A DNA stretch of 38,150 nucleotides from Candidatus Gottesmanbacteria bacterium CG_4_10_14_0_8_um_filter_37_24 (GTDB lineage: Bacteria > Patescibacteriota > Microgenomatia > 2-02-FULL-39-11), in contig PFMK01000083.1 in the NCBI GenBank assembly GCA_002785215.1, positions 1 to 38,150 on the forward strand, read 5' to 3'. This document shows positions 1 to 10,062 of the stretch, in pieces. The stretch's first letter is position 1; each line of letters starts with the position of its first letter. The position numbers and the translations under genes are program-made. The notes beneath the pieces are model-generated. The model made no database searches. It had not been told where the DNA came from and was given only the letters and a program-made list of their open reading frames with translations.

Positions 1-498
1 GTAGACAGTCCGTATGCCGGAGTAAATATCTCTCTGCCGACCCAAGCTGAATTTGAAATCGTCAATCCGAAAACAGTTTATTTTTCTGCTCTGGCGGACC
101 AGACAGAAGTCATCAAGCTCCAGGAAGATATGCTTGGAGAATTATCTTTGGATTCCTACCCGGATAATCCACTCAAGGGATCGATCAAAAATATTGCTTT
201 TACTCCAAAAACAGGCGAATCAGGTACCGTATATAAGATCAAATTTATATTTGATGATAATAATGATATCTATAAGTACAAACTGGGCATGACCGGAGAT
301 CTGAGCTTTGTCACAAACAAAAAGGAAAACGTGCTTTATTTGCCTATAAAATTTATAAAAAATGAAAAAGATAAAAAATATGTCAATTTATGGAAAAACA
401 AGGAAAAAGAGAAAATCTACATAGAAACAGGTCTGGAAACTGATAATTTAATAGAAATTACCAAGGGTTTATCTGAAAATGACACAATCGTTGATTAA
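1..498 (+). CDS. Efflux periplasmic adaptor (MacA/HlyD-like), 5' truncated by window edge
   Basis: Frame 1 is open from base 1 (VDSPYAGVNISLPTQAEFEIVNP...). C-terminus [24 protein letters not shown] is typical of membrane fusion proteins; it overlaps the ABC ATPase gene. Confidence 0.8.
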   Translation, partial: VDSPYAGVNISLPTQAEFEIVNPKTVYFSALADQTEVIKLQEDMLGELSLDSYPDNPLKGSIKNIAFTPKTGESGTVYKIKFIFDDNNDIYKYKLGMTGDLSFVTNKKENVLYLPIKFIKNEKDKKYVNLWKNKEKEKIYIETGLETDNLIEITKGLSENDTIVD

Positions 499-1159
499 AC
501 TGGTAGAGATCTGGAAAGAATACGAGCTGGTGGATGGAAATTTCGTGGCTTTGGAAAATGCTAATCTTGAAATAAAAAAAGGGGAATTCTCGAGCATCCT
601 GGGACCTTCCGGTTCTGGTAAATCTACTCTTATGCATATAATCGGGCTTCTTGATCACCCGACCAGGGGCAAAATCTATATAGAAGGAAAAGATGTCTCC
701 ACTTTGAACGATGATGAGCTCTCTACATTGAGAAATGAATTTGTCGGTTTTGTGTTTCAACAGTTTAATCTGGTAAAGAAGCTCACCATCTCGGAAAACA
801 TCCTGCTACCCACAATATATACAAGAAGGAAAATTGATTATAATCCGAAAGAAAAAGCCCGCGAACTCATCCAGAAATTCGGCCTTAATGGCAAAGAAAA
901 TTCTTATCCCAACAAGATTTCAGGAGGACAACAGCAAAGAGTAGCTATAGCAAGGGCATTAATCACTAACCCGAAGCTCATATTGGCCGATGAACCAACC
1001 GGTAATCTGGATACCAAAACAGGTGACAATATCCTGGCTCTTCTGAAGGAGCTAAATATAAAGGATAAAATGACCGTAATTATTGTAACGCATGAAAAAG
1101 ATGTAGCTGACCAAACCAAAAGAAAAATCATGATAAGAGACGGGAAAATCGAAAATTAG
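479..1159 (+). CDS. ABC transporter ATP-binding protein (MacB/LolD family)
   Basis: Walker [18 protein letters not shown], signature [15 protein letters not shown], Walker [15 protein letters not shown]. Confidence 0.95.
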   Translation: MTQSLIKLVEIWKEYELVDGNFVALENANLEIKKGEFSSILGPSGSGKSTLMHIIGLLDHPTRGKIYIEGKDVSTLNDDELSTLRNEFVGFVFQQFNLVKKLTISENILLPTIYTRRKIDYNPKEKARELIQKFGLNGKENSYPNKISGGQQQRVAIARALITNPKLILADEPTGNLDTKTGDNILALLKELNIKDKMTVIIVTHEKDVADQTKRKIMIRDGKIEN

Positions 1160-1236
1160 AAACTGTCAACCTATCTCTTTTTACGAAAAAGTGATAATAA
1201 TTCTAATTGTTTTACTTTGATTCTTGAGCTTCTCGT

Positions 1237-2445
1237 ATGCAGTATTTTATTTTTATTTTGAAGACAGCTTTTGAGGATTTCAGGAGAAATAAAGTCCGGA
1301 CACTTCTGACCTCTCTGGGTATACTTATTGGAGTTTCTTCAGTAGTACTCCTAATATCATTCGGACTTGGTCTTAAACAATACATTAAGGATCAGTTTGA
1401 AAGCTTGGGAACTAATCTAATCATTGTCCTCCCCGGTAAAATCCTACAAGGAGGAGGCTTTAGAAGCGGTGGAGGTTCGCTGGGAGGAGCCAGGTTTGAT
1501 GATAAAGATGTAGCCAGTTTAAAAAAAATTGACACAGCTCAATATGTGGTCCCTGTTTTCACCAAAACAGTTACAGTAGGAGGAAACGGTAATACGGAAA
1601 TTTCAGACCTCTATGCTACTGCCGCGGATATTTTTCCCATCAGGAATCTGGAAATCGGATATGGAAGGTTTTTTGAGAAGGTTGATTTGGAAAAAAGAGG
1701 CAAAATTGTGGTAATAGGTTCTAAGATTGCCGAAAAAATATTCGGCTCAGCTGAGAATGCTTTGGATAAGATAATAAAAATTGAAAACCAGGGTTTTAAA
1801 ATAATCGGTATAATAAAATCTAAAGGAGGAGGAGGCTTCGGAGGACCAGATTTTGATACCTTTTCTTACGTTCCTTATAAATCCGCATACACCTTTAATC
1901 CTGACAAAAAATTTTTCGCTTTCTACATAAAAGCTCGAAACGAAGAAGTAATTGAACAAACTAAGCAAAATATTAAAGATACACTCCTTAAGCGATATAA
2001 GGAAGACGACTTCTCCGTACTGGAACAAACCGAGATTTTGGATGCGGTCAGCTCAATCTTTGCCATGTTAAATATCGTACTTGTAGCAATAGCCACTATC
2101 TCCCTGGTGGTAGGAGGTATAGGAATTATGAATATTATGTATGTCACTGTAACGGAAAGAACCGGGGAGATCGGTATTCGAAGAGCAATCGGGGCTAGAA
2201 AAAAAGATATTCTCTCTCAATTTATCCTGGAATCAGTAATTCTTTCGCTTCTGGGCGGACTTCTGGGACTACTCGTAAGTTTCCTGATTGTGCTTTTGAT
2301 ACACAATTTCTTCCCTGCATATATCGATCTGCAGTCAATTCTTATAGCCATCGGAGTCTCATCTGCGATAGGTATTGTGTTTGGCGTATTCCCCGCTAAG
2401 AAAGCAGCAGATCTCTCACCAATTGACGCAATCCGCTATGAGTGA
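1237..2445 (+). CDS. ABC transporter permease (MacB/FtsX family)
   Basis: RTLLTSLGILIGV N-terminal TM, large extracytoplasmic domain, GGIGIMNIM..VTERTGEIGIRRAIGA, C-terminal PAKKAA.LSPIDAIRYE. Confidence 0.95.
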   Translation: MQYFIFILKTAFEDFRRNKVRTLLTSLGILIGVSSVVLLISFGLGLKQYIKDQFESLGTNLIIVLPGKILQGGGFRSGGGSLGGARFDDKDVASLKKIDTAQYVVPVFTKTVTVGGNGNTEISDLYATAADIFPIRNLEIGYGRFFEKVDLEKRGKIVVIGSKIAEKIFGSAENALDKIIKIENQGFKIIGIIKSKGGGGFGGPDFDTFSYVPYKSAYTFNPDKKFFAFYIKARNEEVIEQTKQNIKDTLLKRYKEDDFSVLEQTEILDAVSSIFAMLNIVLVAIATISLVVGGIGIMNIMYVTVTERTGEIGIRRAIGARKKDILSQFILESVILSLLGGLLGLLVSFLIVLLIHNFFPAYIDLQSILIAIGVSSAIGIVFGVFPAKKAADLSPIDAIRYE

Positions 2446-2461
2446 GATGTACTTTCTTCCA

Positions 2462-2570
2462 AACAATCAATAACCAATCACTAATCACTACCAACTACTA
2501 ACTATTTAACTATTAACCATCAACAATCAACCATTAACCATCAACTATGAACCATGAACTAATAACTAAT
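2462..2570 (+). repeat. Degenerate 7-nt tandem repeat (ATYAACY-like) between convergent genes
   Basis: ...attaacc atcaaca atcaacc attaacc atcaact atgaacc atgaact aataact...; about 15 units, almost G-free on the + strand. Confidence 0.8.
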
Positions 2571-3816
2571 TACCATTCCCCCACTTTTCCAAAGCTTTAG
2601 CGAGTTCAAAATGGTTTTTGGCATATTCATCCAACCTTATTCCTTGGCTGACTGCTTCTCTTGCCTGTACTGCTGCTATTGCACCTTTATATGTCCCTTC
2701 CGGATGTCCGTGTATGCCTCCGCCAAAATTAATTAGAAGATCATTTCCCAGAATTTTTACCACATCCGGAAGATGACCGGGATGGAGACCTCCTGAAGCA
2801 ACGGGTAAAACCGTCTTTAATCCATACCATTCTGCCCTCAAAAAATTATCTATTTTCGTAACTTCCTCTTTACCCCCTTCCATCTTTCCCACTACAGTAC
2901 CGGTATGCAGGGAATCTACGCCGGCAAGACGAGAAAGTTTGGCCAGAACCAGCATGGAGATACCATACTGTTTTGACCTGGTAAAAGCGGCATGCATAGC
3001 CCTATGGGCATGTATCATTTTCCCGTAGTTTTTGTTCCTCATACCACACACTGCAGCAAAACCGGCTGTCAGGATATCAATCATATGACAGTTTCCTCCA
3101 TTTTCTACTACGAACTCTGCTCTTTTCTGCATTTCCTCATATGAAGCGGTAATATTATATGCGTAAATTTTCTCATTCCCTTTCCCTAAATAACCTTTTT
3201 CCTTCATACGGGTGGTACCTTCCCTTACCCTGTCATAAAAATTGTTATATATCTGGCTCGTCAGATTTTCATCATCTTTCACCAGATTCACTCCTCCGTC
3301 ATATACAGCCATAGCGGCATCAATATGATCTTTACTGGACAGACCCAATTTCGGCTTGATGATTGAACCAAGTAAAGGCATCTCCTTTACTCCAGCCATA
3401 TTTCTTACGCCTGTTATGCCTAAAGCAGGACCGGGAAAGGCTTTTATATATTCTTCCGGAAAATCAATGTCTTCCAATCTCAAAGCTGATATTTCCAGTA
3501 AACCGAAGATATTACCGGCTATCGAAGATAATAACTGGGGAATATTCCCTGCTTCAAACAAATCCAAAGGATAAGCAATTTTCAAAAAACCGGAAGATTC
3601 ATCTTTTTCTATCACTTTTGCATGTAAATTATCCCATGAAGTTTTTGTCTGTAAGAACACATCAGTCCAGGTACCGACTGATGACTCCGCTGCTACTCCT
3701 CCTGCTGTCCGGTCAAATGGCTGACCTTCTGATCCAAGATGAAAGCTGGCAAAAATATATTTATTTTTATCTAATTTTTCGCCTATCGAAAGATAGGTAT
3801 TATATGTATTCGGCAT
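2566..3816 (-). CDS. rbcL: RuBisCO large subunit, form III / III-like
   Basis: AESSVGTW, AGNIFG, IIKPKLGL, catalytic VKDDEN, HAHRAMHAAFTR, loop 6 HTGTVVGKMEG, SGG and GGG phosphate-binding motifs. Confidence 0.92.
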   Translation of the reverse strand: MPNTYNTYLSIGEKLDKNKYIFASFHLGSEGQPFDRTAGGVAAESSVGTWTDVFLQTKTSWDNLHAKVIEKDESSGFLKIAYPLDLFEAGNIPQLLSSIAGNIFGLLEISALRLEDIDFPEEYIKAFPGPALGITGVRNMAGVKEMPLLGSIIKPKLGLSSKDHIDAAMAVYDGGVNLVKDDENLTSQIYNNFYDRVREGTTRMKEKGYLGKGNEKIYAYNITASYEEMQKRAEFVVENGGNCHMIDILTAGFAAVCGMRNKNYGKMIHAHRAMHAAFTRSKQYGISMLVLAKLSRLAGVDSLHTGTVVGKMEGGKEEVTKIDNFLRAEWYGLKTVLPVASGGLHPGHLPDVVKILGNDLLINFGGGIHGHPEGTYKGAIAAVQAREAVSQGIRLDEYAKNHFELAKALEKWGNGN

Positions 3817-4708
3817 GAGTTTTCTCCTTTATAAAAGAATATAATAATGTTGCTAGACTATTTATTTTAGAACCCTTTATGATACCCTTCTCGCTGATTA
3901 TTTTTATATTTTCTGCATAAGGAATATAATCAAAGACCGGCGTATAAAATTTTAAACCTTTTGGCGCGCCGCTCCATATTTCTTTTCCAGATCTGAATTC
4001 TATTACTTGATAATCAAACGGACGAGGGTCGAACTTTAGAAGAATGCTGGTACAATATACGGGAACCTTAAGCTTCTTGGCGGTAAGACAAATACCTAAG
4101 GTTCCGATTTTATTCACAAAACCATTATAACTTAAAAGATCAGCACCCAAAAATATCGCATCAATCCGTGTCTTATGCACGGTCAATAATGAGGCTACGG
4201 CATCATCTATGATCAAACTAACATTTGTTAACCCTTCATCTAGTAATTCTTTCACTGTAATTCTACCCTGATATAACGGTCTTGTTTCTGTAGCGATAAC
4301 TGAAAATCTTTTCCCCATTTTCCATGCCTTTACAAACATGGAAACAACCGTGGATGAATGGCAATGCGTAAGATATATTCCTCCGTCATGAATCACTTCA
4401 ACTCCGGTATCTCCCATTTTTGCCTTGGCATCATAAATCATTTTTTCATAACAATCGCATCGTTCTAAATAAAAATCAGCATCTTTTGATTCTTTCTGAA
4501 AAATAAATCTGACGGCATTTTGGGCCAGAGGTTCGGTGGGTCTCGCATAAGCCAGCGCTTTGGCGACTTTATATAAGGTCTGGAAAACCGACTTGGTATT
4601 ATTATTTGCTCCTAGCCTGATACCGGCAAGGGTAGCTAAGGCTACGTTTGTAGCACCCTGAGTTCTTAATGTCTTTATGTCTTTTTCTATTTCTATTATT
4701 TTGTCCAT
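3800..4708 (-). CDS. Ribose-1,5-bisphosphate isomerase (eIF2B/IF-2B family); start uncertain, ORF track extends to 4762
   Basis: TQGATNVA, ARPTEP, THCHSS (catalytic Cys), ETRPLYQG, GAD (catalytic Asp), NKIGT, PVFD; stop overlaps the rbcL start. Confidence 0.88.
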   Translation of the reverse strand: MDKIIEIEKDIKTLRTQGATNVALATLAGIRLGANNNTKSVFQTLYKVAKALAYARPTEPLAQNAVRFIFQKESKDADFYLERCDCYEKMIYDAKAKMGDTGVEVIHDGGIYLTHCHSSTVVSMFVKAWKMGKRFSVIATETRPLYQGRITVKELLDEGLTNVSLIIDDAVASLLTVHKTRIDAIFLGADLLSYNGFVNKIGTLGICLTAKKLKVPVYCTSILLKFDPRPFDYQVIEFRSGKEIWSGAPKGLKFYTPVFDYIPYAENIKIISEKGIIKGSKINSLATLLYSFIKEKTHAEYI

Positions 4709-4808
4709 AATATAACCATGCATATTCAATCCTACAACCATAGGTAACACCACGTCAAACAATTTGCAATCTGAATAGTATCCGTCAAAGTTGGTATAAT
4801 AATTTCAT

Positions 4809-5588
4809 ATGGATGCAATTTGCATTAAGGGAATAAGTAAAAGTTTTGGTCAGTGCCATGCTGTTTCTGATGTGAATATTAGTATAAATGAGGGAAAAAT
4901 ATACGCTCTGATCGGGCCAAACGGGTCCGGTAAAACTACGCTTATTAAAATGATTACAGGACTCCTTATTCCGGACAGCGGAAAAGTTACTATTTATGAC
5001 TATGACATACAAAAAGAACCGGAAATGGCAAAAACCAAATTTGGTTACATTGCTGATGATCCATCCGTTTATGAATACTTAACCGGGATTGAATTCTTAT
5101 CTCTAACCGGAAGTTTAAGAGGTCTTCACCATCATGAAATTCATGATTATATCGATGAATTATCAGGTATTTTCCCGATAAAAGACATTCTTTACCAACC
5201 CATGGTCCAATATTCCCGAGGAAACAAACAAAAAGTAGCATTCCTGTCAGCTCTTTTGGCTAAACCTAAAATATTGATTATTGATGAACCTATTGTCGGG
5301 CTTGATCCAACCAGCATTAGTACTTTCGGTAAAACGCTGAGTAAATTTGCTAAAAAGGGAGGTTCTGTATTTATGGCCACTCACATCCTTTCTTTTGCCC
5401 AAGATTATGCAACTAGAGTCGGAGTTATGCAAAATGGGAAGATTGTAGATGAACGCCAGATTAAGAGTTCAACCCGTCTCGAGGAGCTTTACAATCTGGA
5501 TATACTGAAACAACCGAAGGAATGTTCCAGCATATACCCTTCTAAACTGATTCCGATTAAATCGGAATACAGTAAGAAGGGTATATAA
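4809..5588 (+). CDS. ABC transporter ATP-binding protein (ABC-2/CcmA-like)
   Basis: GPNGSGKT, YSRGNKQKV, IIDEP.VGLDP, ATH. Confidence 0.93.
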   Translation: MDAICIKGISKSFGQCHAVSDVNISINEGKIYALIGPNGSGKTTLIKMITGLLIPDSGKVTIYDYDIQKEPEMAKTKFGYIADDPSVYEYLTGIEFLSLTGSLRGLHHHEIHDYIDELSGIFPIKDILYQPMVQYSRGNKQKVAFLSALLAKPKILIIDEPIVGLDPTSISTFGKTLSKFAKKGGSVFMATHILSFAQDYATRVGVMQNGKIVDERQIKSSTRLEELYNLDILKQPKECSSIYPSKLIPIKSEYSKKGI

Positions 5589-5592
5589 AACA

Positions 5593-7215
5593 ATGAAAGG
5601 AATTATCACGCTCCTTTATTATGACTTCTTGGGACTTATAGCATGGTTTAAAACCCAGACTGCTAGTAAAGTTTTTATCCTTCTAGTATTTCTGGCCGTA
5701 TTATCCGGAGTATCTTTATCTATCTTTATAGCCTGCAAAACCTTTTTCTACAGTCTGTCTCTTTCAGAAAAATACGGCTTACTAACCGTAAAATACATCA
5801 TCCATGCAGCAATCGTAATCATCTCCTGGTTTGCATTGTCCACATCTACCATCTCAGTATATGGATTTCTAGTAAAATCAGACAAACAATTTGAGTTCCT
5901 TCTGTCTTATCCGATTAAAGCTTATCTTATACCTCTTTTTCTTTTCATCAAATCTACTTTTATGAATTCGCTGTTTGTCCTTATGATTTTCATACCTATC
6001 GGAATCGCTTACGTGAACATTTTTCAGACTGCGTCTTTCACTGGATTTATATTCAGATTCACTTTCACTCTGATTCTGCTTATTGTTCTTACCAACAGTA
6101 TTGCATCGGTAATAGGATACATACTGGCAAAATATATTAGACGTAAAGGTTACCTTGCCGGTATTCTGACAATGTCGATTTTTATGTTTATCATGCTTCT
6201 TATTGTAAATATCATTTTCCCGGAAGGAATAAATAAACTTTATACGGCAAATAACCATGATTTTATGGAAATTTATAACAACCTGCCATTATCCAACTCC
6301 TATCTCCCAACCTTCTGGATGACCGAAATAATCACACAAGGCATTAATATTTTCGGAATTTATCTTTCATTCCTTACAATTGCAATTCTGTTTACTTCGA
6401 TCCATTTCCAGAACAACAGGTTTCTTTCCGTTTTTCGTGATCTTTTATCCCATCCTTTCAGTTTAAGAAGCAGACATAAGGATTCCTATAATCCAACCGT
6501 TCAATTTCTCTGGAATAAATTACCGCTCGAATTCAAAGATTTGCTATCAATTACTCGTCTTCCTTCTGAAATAGGATATGCTTTCTTTTTAATCTCGATT
6601 GATCTCTTCTTTTATTTTCTTATTTCCCGGATCAGGGACGTAAACTATTTTCCCATCCAATTACAGTACGCTTTTATGCTTTTCGTATTTGCATGGCTTC
6701 AATTTATCAACATCGCTTTTCTTTTGAGGATTGTCTATCCGCTCATGGCTAAAGAAGGCCCGAATGCATGGTATATTTTCACATTGCCGATTTCTAAATT
6801 AAGAATTTTATTCTCAAAAATATGGCTGGCGCTAATTGTTTCCATACCCTTCCTCATTTTCACCTCTTTTGCTTGGATGATTGTTCCATTTAATAAATCT
6901 GATTACTGGCAATTCATAATCATCAGTATTATGTCATTTCTAACTATCGCTTTGGCAAATGTGCTTTTTGGAACAATTTTCCCGAATTTCTCCCAGGGAA
7001 AAGATCCGGAAAAAGTAAGTACCAGCGGGATGGGTATCGTAACATTATTTTTTTCCTTCCTAGTTATTATATTTTCTGGGTATTTAATTTTAGAACTGCA
7101 AAAGGGTTTGATTTCTATCTGTATGCTTTATCTTTTTCATCTTTTTTTCATTGTTGTAACTATCGCAAGTTTGTATCTAATCTCTGTAACGAATATGAAA
7201 AAATACCAGTTTTAG
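5593..7215 (+). CDS. Putative ABC exporter permease (multi-pass, two hydrophobic halves)
   Basis: About 12 hydrophobic segments, LLSYPI and EGPNAWYIFTLPIS..ILFSK motifs; starts 4 nt after the ATPase. Confidence 0.8.
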   Translation: MKGIITLLYYDFLGLIAWFKTQTASKVFILLVFLAVLSGVSLSIFIACKTFFYSLSLSEKYGLLTVKYIIHAAIVIISWFALSTSTISVYGFLVKSDKQFEFLLSYPIKAYLIPLFLFIKSTFMNSLFVLMIFIPIGIAYVNIFQTASFTGFIFRFTFTLILLIVLTNSIASVIGYILAKYIRRKGYLAGILTMSIFMFIMLLIVNIIFPEGINKLYTANNHDFMEIYNNLPLSNSYLPTFWMTEIITQGINIFGIYLSFLTIAILFTSIHFQNNRFLSVFRDLLSHPFSLRSRHKDSYNPTVQFLWNKLPLEFKDLLSITRLPSEIGYAFFLISIDLFFYFLISRIRDVNYFPIQLQYAFMLFVFAWLQFINIAFLLRIVYPLMAKEGPNAWYIFTLPISKLRILFSKIWLALIVSIPFLIFTSFAWMIVPFNKSDYWQFIIISIMSFLTIALANVLFGTIFPNFSQGKDPEKVSTSGMGIVTLFFSFLVIIFSGYLILELQKGLISICMLYLFHLFFIVVTIASLYLISVTNMKKYQF

Positions 7216-7373
7216 AGTAATATTTATCCGTCTTCGCAAAAAAACCACGAGTGCCCTTCTGTCTACTCAGGATGGTGAACCTGTTGAATCCACAAACCCG
7301 TAATGTATTTGAATTCAATATTATCTATGCTTGCTGTCATAAAATATTTTCTGTAAAATATAATTGAGAAGAT

Positions 7374-7476
7374 CAGGTTTTTTATATCGGGCCCTATAAG
7401 CATCCCGAGTTTCTCGGGAGGGACTTCCAACAAATTTATTACTATAGATTTGACGGTATAAAAACCTGTTTTTTTT
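7374..7476 (+). promoter_or_regulatory. Long stem-loop followed by T8 directly before the P-type ATPase start
   Basis: Arms caggttttttatatcg (7374-7389) and cggtataaaaacctg (7454-7468), inner hairpin tcccgag-ttt-ctcggga, T-run 7469-7476. Confidence 0.5.
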
Positions 7477-10023
7477 ATGAAAGAAAATTATCAAGATATC
7501 ATTTCAGGTCTTTCTCAAAAAGAAGCATCCGAAAGGCTTAGAACAGACGGAGTTAACGAGCTTCCATCTCAAAAGAAACAAAACATCATTACTATTTTTC
7601 TTCGGGTAGTCTCTGAACCTATGCTGCTTCTGCTTATTGGAAGCGGTCTCATCTATCTTTTTCTTGGTGAAGTTAAGGATGCCTTAATGCTTCTGTCATT
7701 TATTTTTGTAGTAATTGGTATTACTTTTTATCAGGAGAGAAAGACCGAAAGAACTCTGGAGGCGTTAAGAAATCTATCAAGCCCAAGAGCTTTGATAATA
7801 AGAGATGGCGAAAGGAAAAGAATTCCGGGAAGAGAGGTGGTAAAAGGAGACATTATTATTCTACAGGAGGGCGACCGTGTTCCAGCTGATACTAAAGTCT
7901 TATCCTGCGAGAACTTATCAGTTGACGAATCACTCCTAACCGGAGAATCCATAGCTGTAAGAAAATCGTCATGGAACGGAAAAACCACGGATCAAAGACC
8001 GGGGGGAGATGATTTGCCTTTTGTCTACTCCGGATCTCTAATTGTAAGTGGAAGAGGTATGGCCCAAGTAATATATACCGGAGCTTATACCCAAATGGGC
8101 AAGATCGGAAAAGCTCTGGAGACGATAAAGGAGGAAGACACTTTACTTAAAAAAGAAACTGCAAAAATTGTAAAGGCTGTCAGTATTATTGGTTTATCGT
8201 TATGTATCCTAATCGTTCTGATTTATGGCTTAATAAAAGGTAATCTTTTACAGGGGTTTTTATCCGGACTGGCTTTGAGCATGGCGATACTTCCGGAAGA
8301 ATTTCCCGTTGTTCTTCTAATATTCTTGACCCTTGGTGCCTGGCGAATATCCAAAAGAAAAGTCCTGACCAGAAGATCGGCAGTGATAGAAACATTGGGA
8401 GCAGCTACAGTTCTATGTGTCGATAAGACAGGTACTCTTACTTTAAATCAGATGAAATTAACCTGTCTTTTTTCTAAAAATTCTTATTATGAATTAAGTG
8501 ATCTCGCCTCAACCTTACTTCCTGAAAAACATCATAATCTTTTGGAATATGGGATTTTGGCAAGTCAAAGAGATCCGTTTGATCCTGTCGAAAAAGAGAT
8601 CAAAAAAATGGGTGAACTATACCTTAAGAATACCGAACACATCCATATCAACTGGAATCTGGTAAAAGAATATCCTTTATCCAAAGAACTTTTGGCCCTT
8701 TCTCATGTCTGGCAATCTCCAGATAAGAAAGATTTTGTGATCGCGGCCAAAGGAGCTCCTGAAGCTATCCTTGATCTTTGCCATGCAGAAAAATCTATAA
8801 GAAAAAAGACATTAGACAGCGTAAAAGAGATGTCGGAAAGAGGTCTAAGAGTATTAGGTGTTGCTAAGGCATCTTTTTCAAAATCAGGCCTTCCCAAGAA
8901 GCAACATGACTATGATTTTGAATTTATCGGACTTTTTGGATTTATTGATCCCATACGCTCCACTGTACCTGATGCGGTAAAAGAAGCACATAATGCAGGT
9001 ATAAGGGTCGCTATGATTACAGGAGATTATCCGGGTACTGCTATATATATTGCCAGAAAGATTGGACTTGTTAATCCTGATAATTATCTTTCCGGAAGTG
9101 AGTTGTCAAAGCTCAATCACATGGAGCTTCGGGAAAAAATAAAAAATGTAAATATTTTTGCCAGAGTCGTACCAGAGCAGAAACTATTAATTGTGAACGC
9201 CTTTAAAGCAAATGGAGAGATCGTAGCTATGACTGGAGACGGAGTCAACGATGCTCCAGCTCTCAAATCAGCCAATATAGGCATCTCTATGGGCGAAAGA
9301 GGAACAGACGTGGCAAGAGAAGCATCATCCTTAGTCCTTTTAAACGACGATTTTTCCTCTATAATCGCTGCAATCCGTCTGGGTAGAAGAATTTATGACA
9401 ATCTCAAAAGAGCTATGGGTTATATTTTTGCAGTGCATATACCGATAGCCGGCATGTCTCTTCTTCCTGTGATTTTTAATCTTCCTCCTGTTCTTCTTCC
9501 AGCACATATAGCTTTTCTGGAACTTATCATAGATCCTGCCTGTTCAACGGTATTCGAATCGGAGAAAGAAGAAGATCATATTATGAAAAAGCCTCCCAGA
9601 AGTCTATATAAACCCATGTTTGACAGAAAAACAATAACTATAAGTATTTTGCAGGGATTAAGTATACTGATATCCGTTTTTCTTATTTATATTTATTATC
9701 TGTATGTGAACAAGAACGAAATGGGAGCAAGATCTATTACATTCACTACTCTTGTTATGGCAAACCTGATGCTTATAGCCACTAACCTTTCATGGAAGAA
9801 AAATATATTTCAAATAATCTCATCAGCTAATAAGGCATTACTTATCGTTTCAGTATTTGCAATTTTGGCTTTGTTGGTTGTTATATACATCCCATTTTTC
9901 GTAAACCTTTTCCATTTCACATATCTTAATCCGGTTGAATTATTGTTATCTTTTATTGCAGCATGCATAAGTATACTTTGGTTTGAAGCAGTGAAATTTA
10001 CAGGAAAAATTATCCGCAAATGA
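7477..10023 (+). CDS. Cation-translocating P-type ATPase (P2-like, Ca2+/Mg2+ type)
   Basis: LTGES, PEEFP (PEGLP variant), [27 protein letters not shown]-terminal GLSQKEA..RL...GVNEL. Confidence 0.93.
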   Translation: MKENYQDIISGLSQKEASERLRTDGVNELPSQKKQNIITIFLRVVSEPMLLLLIGSGLIYLFLGEVKDALMLLSFIFVVIGITFYQERKTERTLEALRNLSSPRALIIRDGERKRIPGREVVKGDIIILQEGDRVPADTKVLSCENLSVDESLLTGESIAVRKSSWNGKTTDQRPGGDDLPFVYSGSLIVSGRGMAQVIYTGAYTQMGKIGKALETIKEEDTLLKKETAKIVKAVSIIGLSLCILIVLIYGLIKGNLLQGFLSGLALSMAILPEEFPVVLLIFLTLGAWRISKRKVLTRRSAVIETLGAATVLCVDKTGTLTLNQMKLTCLFSKNSYYELSDLASTLLPEKHHNLLEYGILASQRDPFDPVEKEIKKMGELYLKNTEHIHINWNLVKEYPLSKELLALSHVWQSPDKKDFVIAAKGAPEAILDLCHAEKSIRKKTLDSVKEMSERGLRVLGVAKASFSKSGLPKKQHDYDFEFIGLFGFIDPIRSTVPDAVKEAHNAGIRVAMITGDYPGTAIYIARKIGLVNPDNYLSGSELSKLNHMELREKIKNVNIFARVVPEQKLLIVNAFKANGEIVAMTGDGVNDAPALKSANIGISMGERGTDVAREASSLVLLNDDFSSIIAAIRLGRRIYDNLKRAMGYIFAVHIPIAGMSLLPVIFNLPPVLLPAHIAFLELIIDPACSTVFESEKEEDHIMKKPPRSLYKPMFDRKTITISILQGLSILISVFLIYIYYLYVNKNEMGARSITFTTLVMANLMLIATNLSWKKNIFQIISSANKALLIVSVFAILALLVVIYIPFFVNLFHFTYLNPVELLLSFIAACISILWFEAVKFTGKIIRK

Positions 10024-10062
10024 GGATGTTTCCGTTAAGAGTCATAAATATCATAACTAATA

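Noticed and set aside
2566-3816. Form IV RuBisCO-like protein, or Calvin cycle
   Set aside because: KDDE, HRAMH and loop-6 GKMEG are intact and it is paired with R15P isomerase; no rbcS or prk in the window
3800-4762. Translation factor eIF2B subunit or MtnA
   Set aside because: RPTEP/THCHSS motifs and coupling to RuBisCO favour R15P isomerase; the 18-codon TTG-initiated extension is unsupported
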